Part shown: positions 36,030 to 45,742 of the stretch, one piece after another | Position numbering within the stretch: position 1 is the stretch's first letter | Layout of the letters: every line of letters begins with the position of its first letter | DNA from: a virus | Lineage: Duplodnaviria > Caudoviricetes | Virus record (IMG/VR): IMGVR_UViG_3300022562_000250 | Location: 1 to 47,613 of that record | Length of the DNA: 47,613 nt | Strand: one strand, 5' to 3' | Program-made: the position numbers and the translations under genes | Notes under the pieces: generated by a model | The model's database searches: none | Told to the model about the DNA's origin: nothing | What the model saw: only the letters and a program-made list of their open reading frames with translations

Positions 36030-38853
36030 CGCCTATATCCACTTCGACCACTATCCCATTCACCTGACTCATAAAGCCGCCATGAGCCGCGATTATCAAT
36101 TGAGCATCCTCGTCCCAATCACTTCCGACAGTTATAAACTCATTCGTGGAGTTAAGTTTATCCGGCTCCACCGTAAATGTTCCGGCAACCTGCTCAATAG
36201 GGATTAGTTCATCCAATTGATCAGCCGGCTCTAAATCCTTCTGCAGTGTTCCCACTAAAATGCCCCGAGTGTTGTTATATCGAATGCTCACCCCTTTGAT
36301 ATTTTTCCGGGAGGCTTCAATAGTCGCTTGTTCCACTGAGAATGGAAGCGTCACCGCATAACAATAGAAGGGCAGTCCAATATAGCCGAAAGTATAATCT
36401 TCGCTGAATTCCACCAAACCGTCAGCCCCTACAATAACTTCATCCTCCACCTTACCGTCGCCAATCACCGAGACAAACTGTGGTCGGAAATTCAGCGGTA
36501 AATTCGCGCCTGTATACAGCGTACCAAGCCGCCACTCGCCGGAGGGAATTGTTCGTGTCAATAGAGTATAGGGGATTTTAATATCTGTAAACTCATTAAT
36601 AATTGTCACAGTCACGTTGGTAGTGGAGTTGAATGAGTCAATAATAGCCTTACCGCTGCGGTATGAGATATACTTACCAACATCGTCAATACTGAAGATT
36701 GCAGCCGAAGCAACAACGTCAGTTTCATATATCGTCAAATCCGCGTCGGGGTACTCACCACCAAACATCAGTGCGCAATCAACACCGCAGTGATCTTCGT
36801 TCGTTGAATACGAGCGATCGCCAAAGAATTCCAGCGTCCTTATCCACCGGCCGGAAAGATAGCGTTGCGCCACTACATAAGTTACTTGGCGCGCAGTCTC
36901 GGGAAGGTTGAATACCTCTTCAAAGAGACCCTGTGTATCATGCGTGCCCCAGGCGTATACTTTTTGTTCGGTTGAAAACGTGCCGGAGAGCATCGAGCCG
37001 TCATTGCGTGCTGTCCAAACAAGGCGATAAGGCCGCTGTTCATAGGTCCAACTATTAATATCATAATAACCTTTAAACTCATCCTGAGCCAAAATTGAAA
37101 CATCGAGCCCACCGTAAGACTTTATAATGTCATTCCGTTGAAGGAGGCGAATTGTGCGATTGTGCAGCTCGGCATAAAGGACATCGTCCTCAACAATCAA
37201 TGGAAGGAGGTGAGATGCGCCGACAGAGTTCTGCTGCTTCGCTAATATATCAGTGGGAGTAATTGCCCCGCCGTTCGAGCCGGTAAGCAGCCAAACGCCA
37301 AGATTGGTGAAGGCGAGCAAACCCAATTCAGTATCAATAAGATGGTGAACTACCCCGAGTACACTTGAGCTCAATTCAAATTGATAGCTTTCGTCATCCG
37401 CCACAATCCGCGAAACACTGAAATTGGATAGCAGTCCTATTTGTGATCCCCAGATAACCATCGGCTGATTGGCACTCGACGCATAAATTTGCCGCTGCTG
37501 ATACGTGCCAGATATCGAAGGATAATTCCCAGATGCGTCAGAAGTAGTAATAGAGAAAGTTGCACCGCTGCCGCTCCCAACACTACCCAAAGAAACTGAA
37601 GGGCTTGAATAGTTTTTACCTCCATCAAGGATGAGCATACCGATGATGACGCCGTTAGAGACAACCGGAACAACCGAAGCGCCCGTACCAGAACCAGTGT
37701 CATTTATTGTAGCGGTAGTACCGGTGTCATAGTTACTTCCACCATTAGTCACCTCGATATATGTAATTGCCTGATTGACGAATGGATTATCAGCCAATGG
37801 GTAGGTGACAGTGTAGTCGGGAATGATATTATTATCAGTGAATCGTGTGGCGTAGGCCGTACCCGCGTAGCCTAACTCCATCCCCTTGTGGACTTCAGTA
37901 TTCGCCGCCATCACTATTGATCGGTAGATATTGTAATACTTAGTCCCTGCGACCGCCGTCCAGCTAATTGCAATCCAGCCCGCGGTTACTGTGTAATCCA
38001 CACCGGCGGTATCGACGAGGAAGTTACTCGGCAGACTTTCTTCCCCTGCTTCATCCACAGCGGTTACGGCGAACACAACACCAGCGCTACCTGCGGCCGA
38101 TCGAGCGGCGGTAGCAAGATTAGTCGGCGCGTTATTGTTGATCCCAAAACTTTCCTCAGTAATCGTCCACGTTAAATCTGCTTGCCGCTCGAGATTGTAA
38201 ACTGGATAATCGAGAGAAGTAATCCGCACCAAGTCCCTAATTTGATTGAAGTAAAGTCCAGGCAAATCCGCCTCGGGATAGGGAGTGGCGAGAGTGTACA
38301 CCCTGTATGCAGTTATATCCGCCGGGGTAGCGTCCTCCCATTCATCCATATTCCCTGTAATATCAATCGGAGTCACGCGAATTGTGTTAGCATCCGGCGC
38401 GGAAAGAACCTCAACCGTTTGCCCTTCCAGCTGGGCAGGAACATCAGCTCCATAAAATTCAACGAGATCGCCGGCGGAGTAGCCGTGGCCTGTTATACCG
38501 AACTCAGTGTAATTAGTATTGTTCGTAACATCGGAGACAGTCTTACCCGCCTCAAGTTGATAAAACCCTTGTTGAATGAACCGCACTTTATAGTCGGTAA
38601 AAACCAGCGCGTAAGTATTTGCATCTTCCTCAGCGTAAATGAATGGGAAGACTCGATAGTTTTCATCCAGCGGCGCTTTAAGGATAGCTCCAGCAAATGA
38701 ACCAGCGCGAGAGATAAGCGAGCCCGAAACATCAATAATAAAGTTATTACACGCGGCCAGTCCATATCCATACTTCTCCAGGACTGTCTGACCCCAGAGT
38801 GTCTTGGAAATAACGCCGGAGGTAAATCCGTATTGTGCTAGTCTATTTGACAT
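36016..38853 (-). CDS. Tail tubular protein B / nozzle (gp12 analogue), 945 aa
   Basis: QYGFTSGVIS N-terminus, YP.....YQQR, GS.IG...NF, QKVYAWG.H, IGLPF motifs. Confidence 0.88.
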   Translation of the reverse strand: MSNRLAQYGFTSGVISKTLWGQTVLEKYGYGLAACNNFIIDVSGSLISRAGSFAGAILKAPLDENYRVFPFIYAEEDANTYALVFTDYKVRFIQQGFYQLEAGKTVSDVTNNTNYTEFGITGHGYSAGDLVEFYGADVPAQLEGQTVEVLSAPDANTIRVTPIDITGNMDEWEDATPADITAYRVYTLATPYPEADLPGLYFNQIRDLVRITSLDYPVYNLERQADLTWTITEESFGINNNAPTNLATAARSAAGSAGVVFAVTAVDEAGEESLPSNFLVDTAGVDYTVTAGWIAISWTAVAGTKYYNIYRSIVMAANTEVHKGMELGYAGTAYATRFTDNNIIPDYTVTYPLADNPFVNQAITYIEVTNGGSNYDTGTTATINDTGSGTGASVVPVVSNGVIIGMLILDGGKNYSSPSVSLGSVGSGSGATFSITTSDASGNYPSISGTYQQRQIYASSANQPMVIWGSQIGLLSNFSVSRIVADDESYQFELSSSVLGVVHHLIDTELGLLAFTNLGVWLLTGSNGGAITPTDILAKQQNSVGASHLLPLIVEDDVLYAELHNRTIRLLQRNDIIKSYGGLDVSILAQDEFKGYYDINSWTYEQRPYRLVWTARNDGSMLSGTFSTEQKVYAWGTHDTQGLFEEVFNLPETARQVTYVVAQRYLSGRWIRTLEFFGDRSYSTNEDHCGVDCALMFGGEYPDADLTIYETDVVASAAIFSIDDVGKYISYRSGKAIIDSFNSTTNVTVTIINEFTDIKIPYTLLTRTIPSGEWRLGTLYTGANLPLNFRPQFVSVIGDGKVEDEVIVGADGLVEFSEDYTFGYIGLPFYCYAVTLPFSVEQATIEASRKNIKGVSIRYNNTRGILVGTLQKDLEPADQLDELIPIEQVAGTFTVEPDKLNSTNEFITVGSDWDEDAQLIIAAHGGFMSQVNGIVVEVDIGDEIL

Positions 38854-39526
38854 TCGCAGACTGCCCCACAGCTACAATAGGTCCGTATGGGTAGATATAG
38901 CGCGGTACCGTGACAGGTCCGGTGTACCCCCGCGCAGCGTGCCAAGAGGCCACAGCCTCAAGCGGCTCTTGATCCTCATTCAACACATAAGACTGCATTT
39001 GAAGTAGCGCGTCATTCGCGTCGTTTTGCAGCTTCTTCGACAACTGTGGTTTGCCGGAAAGTGTCTCAGCGGTATAGGCGGCGAGCGCCTGTGCCATCAA
39101 TAAGAACAGCTTTGGTTCCCACAGGCCGGGATTATCTTGATCGAAAGTGTAGGTGAGTATCGCGCCCTCTTCGTGTGAGAAAATACAGCGCGTGTCACCA
39201 ATCATGCCTATCTTGAAATGTCCATAGCTGGAAAGATATTGCGGATGTAGCATATCCGGCGGGACTGTGTAAGCGTACTTATAGCCAGGCGATGGATCAG
39301 TGTCCGCCCAATCAGAGCCGTCAGTCCGCTCCTTATTCAGAGTCATCTTGTGTGATTTAGTCGCACAACTCCAATGAGCGGCACAAAGAATTAGTGGTCT
39401 CACTACCGGATACCACAAATTGAACACGTCAGTATAGCGACTGTTTTGAGTGGTAGAAGTAAGGCGGCCTCGCCCACCAATCAACTGCGCCGCTAAATTG
39501 TACAATTCAGTTGTTGTCTGTGGCAT
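38843..39526 (-). CDS. Tail tubular protein A / adaptor (gp11 analogue)
   Basis: NLA..LIG, HWSCAT, YKYAY.VPPD motifs; synteny. Confidence 0.85.
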   Translation of the reverse strand: MPQTTTELYNLAAQLIGGRGRLTSTTQNSRYTDVFNLWYPVVRPLILCAAHWSCATKSHKMTLNKERTDGSDWADTDPSPGYKYAYTVPPDMLHPQYLSSYGHFKIGMIGDTRCIFSHEEGAILTYTFDQDNPGLWEPKLFLLMAQALAAYTAETLSGKPQLSKKLQNDANDALLQMQSYVLNEDQEPLEAVASWHAARGYTGPVTVPRYIYPYGPIVAVGQSANVK

Positions 39527-39542
39527 TTGACCGCCTCACATA

Positions 39543-39857
39543 TTAGAGTTCAAGCGAACCTTTGGTACTCTTCTTACCTTCGCCTTCGCCTTCACCTTCG
39601 CCTTCAGGCGGTGGGTCAAGATCGAGTTCAGGATGTTTCGCAAGCTGCGGGTGTTCCTTAACCTCGGGCACAGCCGGACCAAGGATCAGCGCATCTTTCG
39701 GAAGCACAGCGCCTTTAGGCACTCGAGTACCAAAACGGGCTGGAGAGTACGATACCAATCCATCGCGAAAGACTCGCTTCAATTTGACAATGGAGTCCCC
39801 CTTGAGGGGGACTACCTTGCCGTTCTTGTCTAGTTGAACGGGTTTACCACGCATCAC
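39543..39857 (-). CDS. Hypothetical protein after capsid cement gene
   Basis: GGAG RBS; GEGEGEG low-complexity tail. Confidence 0.7.
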   Translation of the reverse strand: MMRGKPVQLDKNGKVVPLKGDSIVKLKRVFRDGLVSYSPARFGTRVPKGAVLPKDALILGPAVPEVKEHPQLAKHPELDLDPPPEGEGEGEGEGKKSTKGSLEL

Positions 39858-40309
39858 TGAACTCCATTAGGATAGAGTTTGTGAACCGGAGGCTGCAGGG
39901 TGATGAAGGCGTTGATCGCGCCCGCATTCAAAGCAGCTGTGGTAACGTTGCACAAAATACCAACGTAGCGCTCGTACACCGACGCAGCCGACTCGATTGG
40001 GATAATACCCTGAAAGATCATGTCGCCGGCTGTGAAGTCGTCGAAGTTGAGCGTTGGTGATGCCAGGTGCTCAGTAGCCGAGCCGTCCGTGGCGATTGCC
40101 GCTGCAGCATCCGAAGCCAGAATGAACTGGACATCAGCAGCACCAGCAGACCCGAAGGCCGTAGTGCACTGAATTACCAACCACGCTGGAAACGAGTTGC
40201 CGATGTCACGGACGTTTTCGAGGTCAATAACATCGCCGACCAACTGGTAACCAGTACCACCGGCCATAGCAACTGCAGAGGCGAACTCAGTCCGCTTATC
40301 CATAAGCAT
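39854..40309 (-). CDS. Capsid cement/decoration protein (Bbp16-like)
   Basis: MLMDK..EF...DVIDL...RDIG...YERYVG pattern; follows the capsid gene. Confidence 0.85.
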   Translation of the reverse strand: MLMDKRTEFASAVAMAGGTGYQLVGDVIDLENVRDIGNSFPAWLVIQCTTAFGSAGAADVQFILASDAAAAIATDGSATEHLASPTLNFDDFTAGDMIFQGIIPIESAASVYERYVGILCNVTTAALNAGAINAFITLQPPVHKLYPNGVQ

Positions 40310-40324
40310 GTGCCGTCTCCTTTA

Positions 40325-41341
40325 TTAAACGAAGCTGATCGCAGCTTCATCACCGGCGAGGGCGTCACAGCGGCGAACAGGAATGTCATCAAACATCATG
40401 ACTTTCTTGCCAGCAACTCTTTCCATCGTCAGTGTAGACTGCGCAACTTTGTTGGCGATTTGGCGACGAAGAACCGAGCGGATGATCTTCGGCACATAAA
40501 ACGCCGCACGGCCGATATTCAGGCTCGGCGGAATTTCAAGCGCCTGGGTCATCAAGTCGATCAGGTCGGCACCGGCGGATGCGTCCTTCGTAAGAGCGGA
40601 CTTGTCGATGTTCGGGATACGAACAACATAACGCCAGTCCTTGACACAAAGACCGCAATGCCACGCGTAGTGAGTGACATACGCTTCCATCTTGCCTTGA
40701 TAGGCGCCAGTGTCATCATAAACACTAACTGTGTCTTTACCCTTGTCCTCCATCTGGAAGCCAGCGGGCAAGCCCTTCGGAATAATACCGAACGCAGTGT
40801 TGGGAGACCAAACAACCAGCCAAATTGAGGCGTTGTCCGAGCCACTCCCGCCGCCGTCGATCATGTTCTCGCCATTCTCAGCGTTAACAGGGTCGTTGAA
40901 GCGGGGTCCGAAGCCTGTGAACTTTTCAGGGTTCAAGTCTTCAGTGGCGTAGAACAAGCTATCCGCAAGTTCTTGGTTGAAACCCTCGAAGTGAGGGCGG
41001 TCTTCCGAAAGTCGGAACTCAGCGGTATTACCATTCAAGTCGGCTTCGACCGCATCAATTTCCGAGTAGGCGTCCATCATACCACAGGTGTCGGTGACAT
41101 CTGCAGTCGTTGAACGGGTCGGCATAACGCCCTGATAGAGCCTACGCCAAGTCGGGGCCGGAATGCCAGTCCTGACTTTAGTCTTGTGGCCTGTGACGAG
41201 GTTGCCCTCCATCCAGGTCATATCCTCGAGAACCTCATTGGTCTCATTGAGGATTTCGACAATCGTTGGAACCTTGCCGTCAGGGTCCATCCTGTTAGCA
41301 AGGTCCAAGAGAGTCGGATTGGTAATGGGTAGTGTAGCCAT
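40325..41341 (-). CDS. Major capsid protein (BPP-1 Bbp17-like)
   Basis: TLLDLA.R.DP, IVE.L.ETNE.L.D, EGN..TGH, DWRYVVRI.NI, IPVRRCDAL. Confidence 0.92.
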   Translation of the reverse strand: MATLPITNPTLLDLANRMDPDGKVPTIVEILNETNEVLEDMTWMEGNLVTGHKTKVRTGIPAPTWRRLYQGVMPTRSTTADVTDTCGMMDAYSEIDAVEADLNGNTAEFRLSEDRPHFEGFNQELADSLFYATEDLNPEKFTGFGPRFNDPVNAENGENMIDGGGSGSDNASIWLVVWSPNTAFGIIPKGLPAGFQMEDKGKDTVSVYDDTGAYQGKMEAYVTHYAWHCGLCVKDWRYVVRIPNIDKSALTKDASAGADLIDLMTQALEIPPSLNIGRAAFYVPKIIRSVLRRQIANKVAQSTLTMERVAGKKVMMFDDIPVRRCDALAGDEAAISFV

Positions 41342-42075
41342 CACGTTTTCCCTTGGTCTGGATACAGCTTTTGCGCTGCGGTGAGTTGTTCTCCCGACGT
41401 CGGGTCCCCTACTACGGGATTACCTTCGGACATTGCCTTACCGACATTGACTAGGAATTTAGCAAAGTGAATATTATTGCCTATTCCAGTTTTGTTAATC
41501 TCGGTAATCAATTCAGGTGGCGCGAACTCATTGAGTACCTGCGCGAAATAAGTTTGGGATTGCTCCCAATTCTTTCCCCCTATATATGGATCGACTTTGA
41601 TTGCTTCCCCGTCAGCCTTTTGCCGCGCAATCCAGTCCTTGGCGTAATCCTCGAACGCCTTATCCACCAACTCCTGGTGAAGGTTGGCTAGTTGATCTGC
41701 CCGCGCCTGTGGCGTCAGACTTGCGTCATTAACCACTCCAAGGAACTTATCCATCTGGGCTTGATCAATTTCAACCCCCTCCGGCATTTTGATATCAGCG
41801 GCCGTTACCGCTTCCGGTTGAGTGGACTCGCTGCTGGAGACTTCGGTCCCTTCGCCGCTGGACGCTTGTCCTTCGGCCGATGGCTGTTGTCCTTTCGGCG
41901 CTGTGACTGCAGTAGTCCCTGTGCCGCCGCCTTCCCCACTTTCCCCAGCTTTCTGCTGGTCACCCGAGGGGGATTGAGTCGTGGCCGCGCTAGCGTCTCC
42001 GCCATCAGTACCTCCATCTGCTGCCCCACTCGCGCCCTCAGGACTTCTGAGTAGAGTCATTAACAACTTGTTCAT
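41341..42075 (-). CDS. Capsid scaffolding/assembly protein
   Basis: Low-complexity N-terminus, TGIGN....KF...VGKAMSEG, AQKLYP end; directly upstream of the capsid gene. Confidence 0.8.
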   Translation of the reverse strand: MNKLLMTLLRSPEGASGAADGGTDGGDASAATTQSPSGDQQKAGESGEGGGTGTTAVTAPKGQQPSAEGQASSGEGTEVSSSESTQPEAVTAADIKMPEGVEIDQAQMDKFLGVVNDASLTPQARADQLANLHQELVDKAFEDYAKDWIARQKADGEAIKVDPYIGGKNWEQSQTYFAQVLNEFAPPELITEINKTGIGNNIHFAKFLVNVGKAMSEGNPVVGDPTSGEQLTAAQKLYPDQGKT

Positions 42076-42334
42076 TGTAGTTCTCCTCCAGCATCTTAAG
42101 AAAAAGCTCAGGTGCTGATCGTGACGTTACATCTTCGAGCATCAGGCCAAAGGCTTGATACCCCTGGGCGAATGCACCGGAAAGAGCGTTCCCGGTGAAA
42201 GTAGACTGGCGGATACCAGCCGCAGCCAACAACTGCCGAACGACATAACGCCGCTCGGGAGTCGTCAGCAAGTCCTTGACCGCAGCCATGAAGCGCGGAT
42301 CATTCAGCAAATACGTATGGTCCCTATTGTCCAT
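42038..42334 (-). CDS. Bbp19-like protein
   Basis: LL.TPE.R.VV..LL...GI..STF......AF..G....GL pattern; between portal and scaffold. Confidence 0.7.
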   Translation of the reverse strand: MDNRDHTYLLNDPRFMAAVKDLLTTPERRYVVRQLLAAAGIRQSTFTGNALSGAFAQGYQAFGLMLEDVTSRSAPELFLKMLEENYNEQVVNDSTQKS

Positions 42335-42381
42335 AACCCCTTATACACCAGTTCGACTGCGAAAGCAAGTGGCCATACCTA

Positions 42382-44037
42382 TTACTGGCCAAGTACCCTT
42401 TGCAGTGCATTAGCGCCACCGCCAACGTCAGTTTCGGATAGAGTCTTACCAGCTTGAATGGCAGTCTCTGCGGTTTGTGAAGCCTGCAATTGCGCGAGTT
42501 GTTCTTCGCGGGCGGCGCGGGCTTGTTTAAGTTGCTCAGCATCCCGAAGGATTGTCGGCGACGCTCCAATATCACGGGAGTAAGTGTAAACGAATTCGTC
42601 AAAGTTAACGATGTCGAGTACACTTGGTTCCACCGCCGCCACATTACCAACCATCGCCAAGACTCGTTCGAGCGGCACAGTGCCAATTGCCCGTTGCGCG
42701 GTGGTAAGGATGGAGACATACGATACATCAATGTCGCTCTCGCGAATGTCCGAGGGTGGAAGCGGGAAAAGGTCAGCCCGCTGGCAGATATTGAAGGTAC
42801 GCTCGATCGTCGGGTCAAGTTGCTCATTCTCAAACCGCTCCAAGAAGTGAGCCAACAGCACAAGTTTCTCTTCCCGCCGTGCATCAATTTCAGTGGCACT
42901 CCGCACCGTATCAAGCTGCGAGATCATCTTGAACAGGTCGTTGTGAAAAATTTCCCTGATCGATAGTTTGATCTCATTAATATCCTCACGGAGTTCCTGT
43001 ACCGGGATTTGCACCTGAAACGCCGGCTTAGCACCAGTGAAGTTAGCCAAATTCGGCACGTAGGTATGACCGCCAGGCATAGTGGACTTTGGCATATTCC
43101 GCAGCTGTGCGTCAAACAACATCGGCGGGTCAATTAACTTCTCCAGCCCGACACCCTTCTTAATCAACAATTGCTGGAGTTCCCGCATATCTGCAAGCGC
43201 GTCCATCGCCGGCGCGTTACCATATTGTAATTCAGCCGACCACCGAGGGAACATAGCAGGTTGCTCACGGTAGCCTTTCAACTTCATCACCGTGCCTTCT
43301 TCCTGTCCTTCGCCCCAATAAACCTCCCGCCACTCGAAGCGGTTGGAGATTGGCATTGTCTCAGGGGTTGCATCCTTTCGCTCGACCATGTGAATTACAG
43401 TACGCTTGCTCGAGCGTGAGGCCGGATTTTTATATTGCTCCCTCCACATAGCGGGCATATTCTCTTCGCCAAACTCCTTCCGGATTTCTTCCAGCGACAT
43501 AGAGATTTCCCGGCCGTAGCGAACAAGGCGATCGAGGTAATCATAGGCTACATAGAACTCGCCAGTGTTAAACCGCTGGCAACGTATGACATCGCGACGA
43601 TCTTCGAAGATTTGCGTGCCTGAAATGTTGAAGAGGCCCAGGTCGAAATACGACATCGACATAGTGTTATAAAAGTTCGATCGAGCGAGAACGCCGTGCA
43701 TGATGCGCTCGACTGAAGTCAACCACTGCCGTGCGCTCACACTCAATCGATCGAGGTCGTGGCCAATCTGGAGTTTGAACCAAGGCCGCGTCGGGGAGGT
43801 AATCCCATTCATCAGCCCGGCCGTCTGCGTTCGCAACGCAATCAATCCCTCGGAGGTAATGTAATTTGGGTTGAGCGAAAACTTCTCACTCTTCTTTACA
43901 TTAAGCAGCCAAGGATGAGTGTAGGGAAGGTACACCTGCGCGAGTTCCCGCCAAATCGGCCAAAGCGGGCGCCGCTTGTCCTTCATAGCCTCAAAAGCGA
44001 TCTTCCAGGCTTTGTGCGTATCGACGGGAATTTTCAT
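42382..44037 (-). CDS. Portal (head-tail connector) protein
   Basis: GLMNGITSPTRPWFKL, L.RSNFY, SATEIDARREEK..LL...LER motifs; 551 aa. Confidence 0.93.
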   Translation of the reverse strand: MKIPVDTHKAWKIAFEAMKDKRRPLWPIWRELAQVYLPYTHPWLLNVKKSEKFSLNPNYITSEGLIALRTQTAGLMNGITSPTRPWFKLQIGHDLDRLSVSARQWLTSVERIMHGVLARSNFYNTMSMSYFDLGLFNISGTQIFEDRRDVIRCQRFNTGEFYVAYDYLDRLVRYGREISMSLEEIRKEFGEENMPAMWREQYKNPASRSSKRTVIHMVERKDATPETMPISNRFEWREVYWGEGQEEGTVMKLKGYREQPAMFPRWSAELQYGNAPAMDALADMRELQQLLIKKGVGLEKLIDPPMLFDAQLRNMPKSTMPGGHTYVPNLANFTGAKPAFQVQIPVQELREDINEIKLSIREIFHNDLFKMISQLDTVRSATEIDARREEKLVLLAHFLERFENEQLDPTIERTFNICQRADLFPLPPSDIRESDIDVSYVSILTTAQRAIGTVPLERVLAMVGNVAAVEPSVLDIVNFDEFVYTYSRDIGASPTILRDAEQLKQARAAREEQLAQLQASQTAETAIQAGKTLSETDVGGGANALQRVLGQ

Positions 44038-44246
44038 TACGTGCCTCCAGTCCGCAGCTTCTTACCAGTACGTGGCGATTTCGCCAGTATACCAGTTGCG
44101 TTGTTTGTCACTGCGGAGTACCCTTGTCGGGAGGCAGACGAAGCGCCGGTCTCCCTGATACTTGCAGTAACCACAGTCGGGTCCGCCCTCGTCGGTGTAT
44201 TCGGAGGAGGGTCGGGCTTTTCAACTTTCTTACTACCGCCACCCAT
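44037..44246 (-). CDS. Small virion-associated protein upstream of portal
   Basis: AAGGAG RBS; MGGG start, Pro-rich, basic C-terminus; TAATG coupling to portal. Confidence 0.7.
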   Translation of the reverse strand: MGGGSKKVEKPDPPPNTPTRADPTVVTASIRETGASSASRQGYSAVTNNATGILAKSPRTGKKLRTGGT

Positions 44247-44248
44247 AA

Positions 44249-45742
44249 TCAGGCTCCTTTTCTAAAGTATGGGTTATAGTTCATGCTGTTCTCCACAGCG
44301 TTATCGTTCTCCGGCCCGAGGAACTGATGTAAGGCGGGCATGGCGAACGTACAAGCGAGTGCATCAGCAAGGTCAGGTGACCTTCCTTCACGCCGCTTGA
44401 TCTCGGACTTGGGCTCGAGTTGTATTTCGTCCCGGTTATTTAAATAGTATTGAGTGGTTGTGAGGTCATCGACTATATCATAATCGTTGTCAATCTCGTA
44501 TTCTTGTAGCACGGCGGTCTTGAGCCAATCTCGCATCGCTCCCCAAATCTCCGCCCGTTTATTGGAGTAGCGGATATTGCGTTCAACCGGATTAACACCA
44601 TCAGCCTTAGCGGAGAAGGTAACTTCATGGACGGGAAATTGGAGTTGGCGAAGTCGATCAACCACACCTGCGCCCAAGCCGCCGCCATCCACATAAATCA
44701 TTTGAGCGTGAATGCGTTGGTACATCTCCGCAACACGATCCGCCACCTGCATTGTGTCTAGACCCTGATATCTTTCGATAGGCAGTGTTCTTGCATCACG
44801 CCCTCTTCGGGGGAATAGGATTGTTGAGTCATCACCAAACCTTGCACAGTCAACTCCAATAATCGGTGGCTCAACGTGGACGAGAGGGACACTCCGACGG
44901 AGAGCATTTTTAACATCCTCGCGTGAAATGAAGGAGGAGACATCGTGTTTTGGGAACTGCCCGAGTACACGGACGCGAGTAAAGTCGTGGTCGAGGCCAT
45001 AATCTTCTATCCACTGATCTATTAGCTTTTTATTAGTAAAGGCGGAAGTACGGGAGTCCACTGTGATCTGTTTCCAGCGGTGAGCGAACTTACCGTCCTC
45101 AAACGCTTCGCGGAACCGACCTGTGTTCTTAGTAGGATTACCGAACATAACCCAGATAATTTGCGTGTCGGAGTCAGTAAGGGCACCTTCGGCTACCTCG
45201 TGAACGATGTCAGGGATTGCGGACGCTTCGTCCATAACCAACACGATCCGCTTACCTTTATTGTGCAGGCCGGCGAACGCTTCAGTGTTTCGCTCACTCC
45301 AGGGTGACATATCAAAACGCCACTCAGTGCGTTGCTCAGGATCATTGGAGAACATCGAGGTTGCTTTGATCTTAAACAACTCGCGAGTAATAGAAAGGCG
45401 CCGCCACTTAGAGAGTTCAACCCAAGTCTTTGTGCGAAGCTGCCGCTCGGTGTTAGCGGTAACAACACCCTTAGTCCCCTCAAATGTGCTCATGCCCCAG
45501 TCGATAAGCATTGACGAGGCGGCGGATTTACCAACTCCGTGGCCGGACTTAACAGAGATAAGAACGAGCTTTTCCCCTGACTTAAGTACGTCGCGTATAA
45601 GGGTAAAGAGTTGCTCCTGCCAAATATCAGGGCCGGCGTACTCTTCGAGTTCTCCCGGCTCGCCCCAAGGATAGGCCCAATAGACGTAACGCAATGGATC
45701 GTCTGAACAGGCCGCCAATTCTTGAATAAATTCGTCGTTCAT
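44249..45742 (-). CDS. terL: Terminase large subunit
   Basis: SGHGVGKS Walker A, VMDEAS Walker B, GNPT, IGVDCARFGDD nuclease motif, SPDLADAL. Confidence 0.95.
   Translation of the reverse strand: MNDEFIQELAACSDDPLRYVYWAYPWGEPGELEEYAGPDIWQEQLFTLIRDVLKSGEKLVLISVKSGHGVGKSAASSMLIDWGMSTFEGTKGVVTANTERQLRTKTWVELSKWRRLSITRELFKIKATSMFSNDPEQRTEWRFDMSPWSERNTEAFAGLHNKGKRIVLVMDEASAIPDIVHEVAEGALTDSDTQIIWVMFGNPTKNTGRFREAFEDGKFAHRWKQITVDSRTSAFTNKKLIDQWIEDYGLDHDFTRVRVLGQFPKHDVSSFISREDVKNALRRSVPLVHVEPPIIGVDCARFGDDSTILFPRRGRDARTLPIERYQGLDTMQVADRVAEMYQRIHAQMIYVDGGGLGAGVVDRLRQLQFPVHEVTFSAKADGVNPVERNIRYSNKRAEIWGAMRDWLKTAVLQEYEIDNDYDIVDDLTTTQYYLNNRDEIQLEPKSEIKRREGRSPDLADALACTFAMPALHQFLGPENDNAVENSMNYNPYFRKGA

Noticed and set aside
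40310-40330. Capsid read-through or frameshift extension like T7 10B
   Set aside because: Double stop (TAATAA), and the next gene has its own AAGGAG RBS.
42324-42914. 196-aa ORF overlapping the portal gene
   Set aside because: Alternative frame inside the portal gene with no RBS or recognisable motif.
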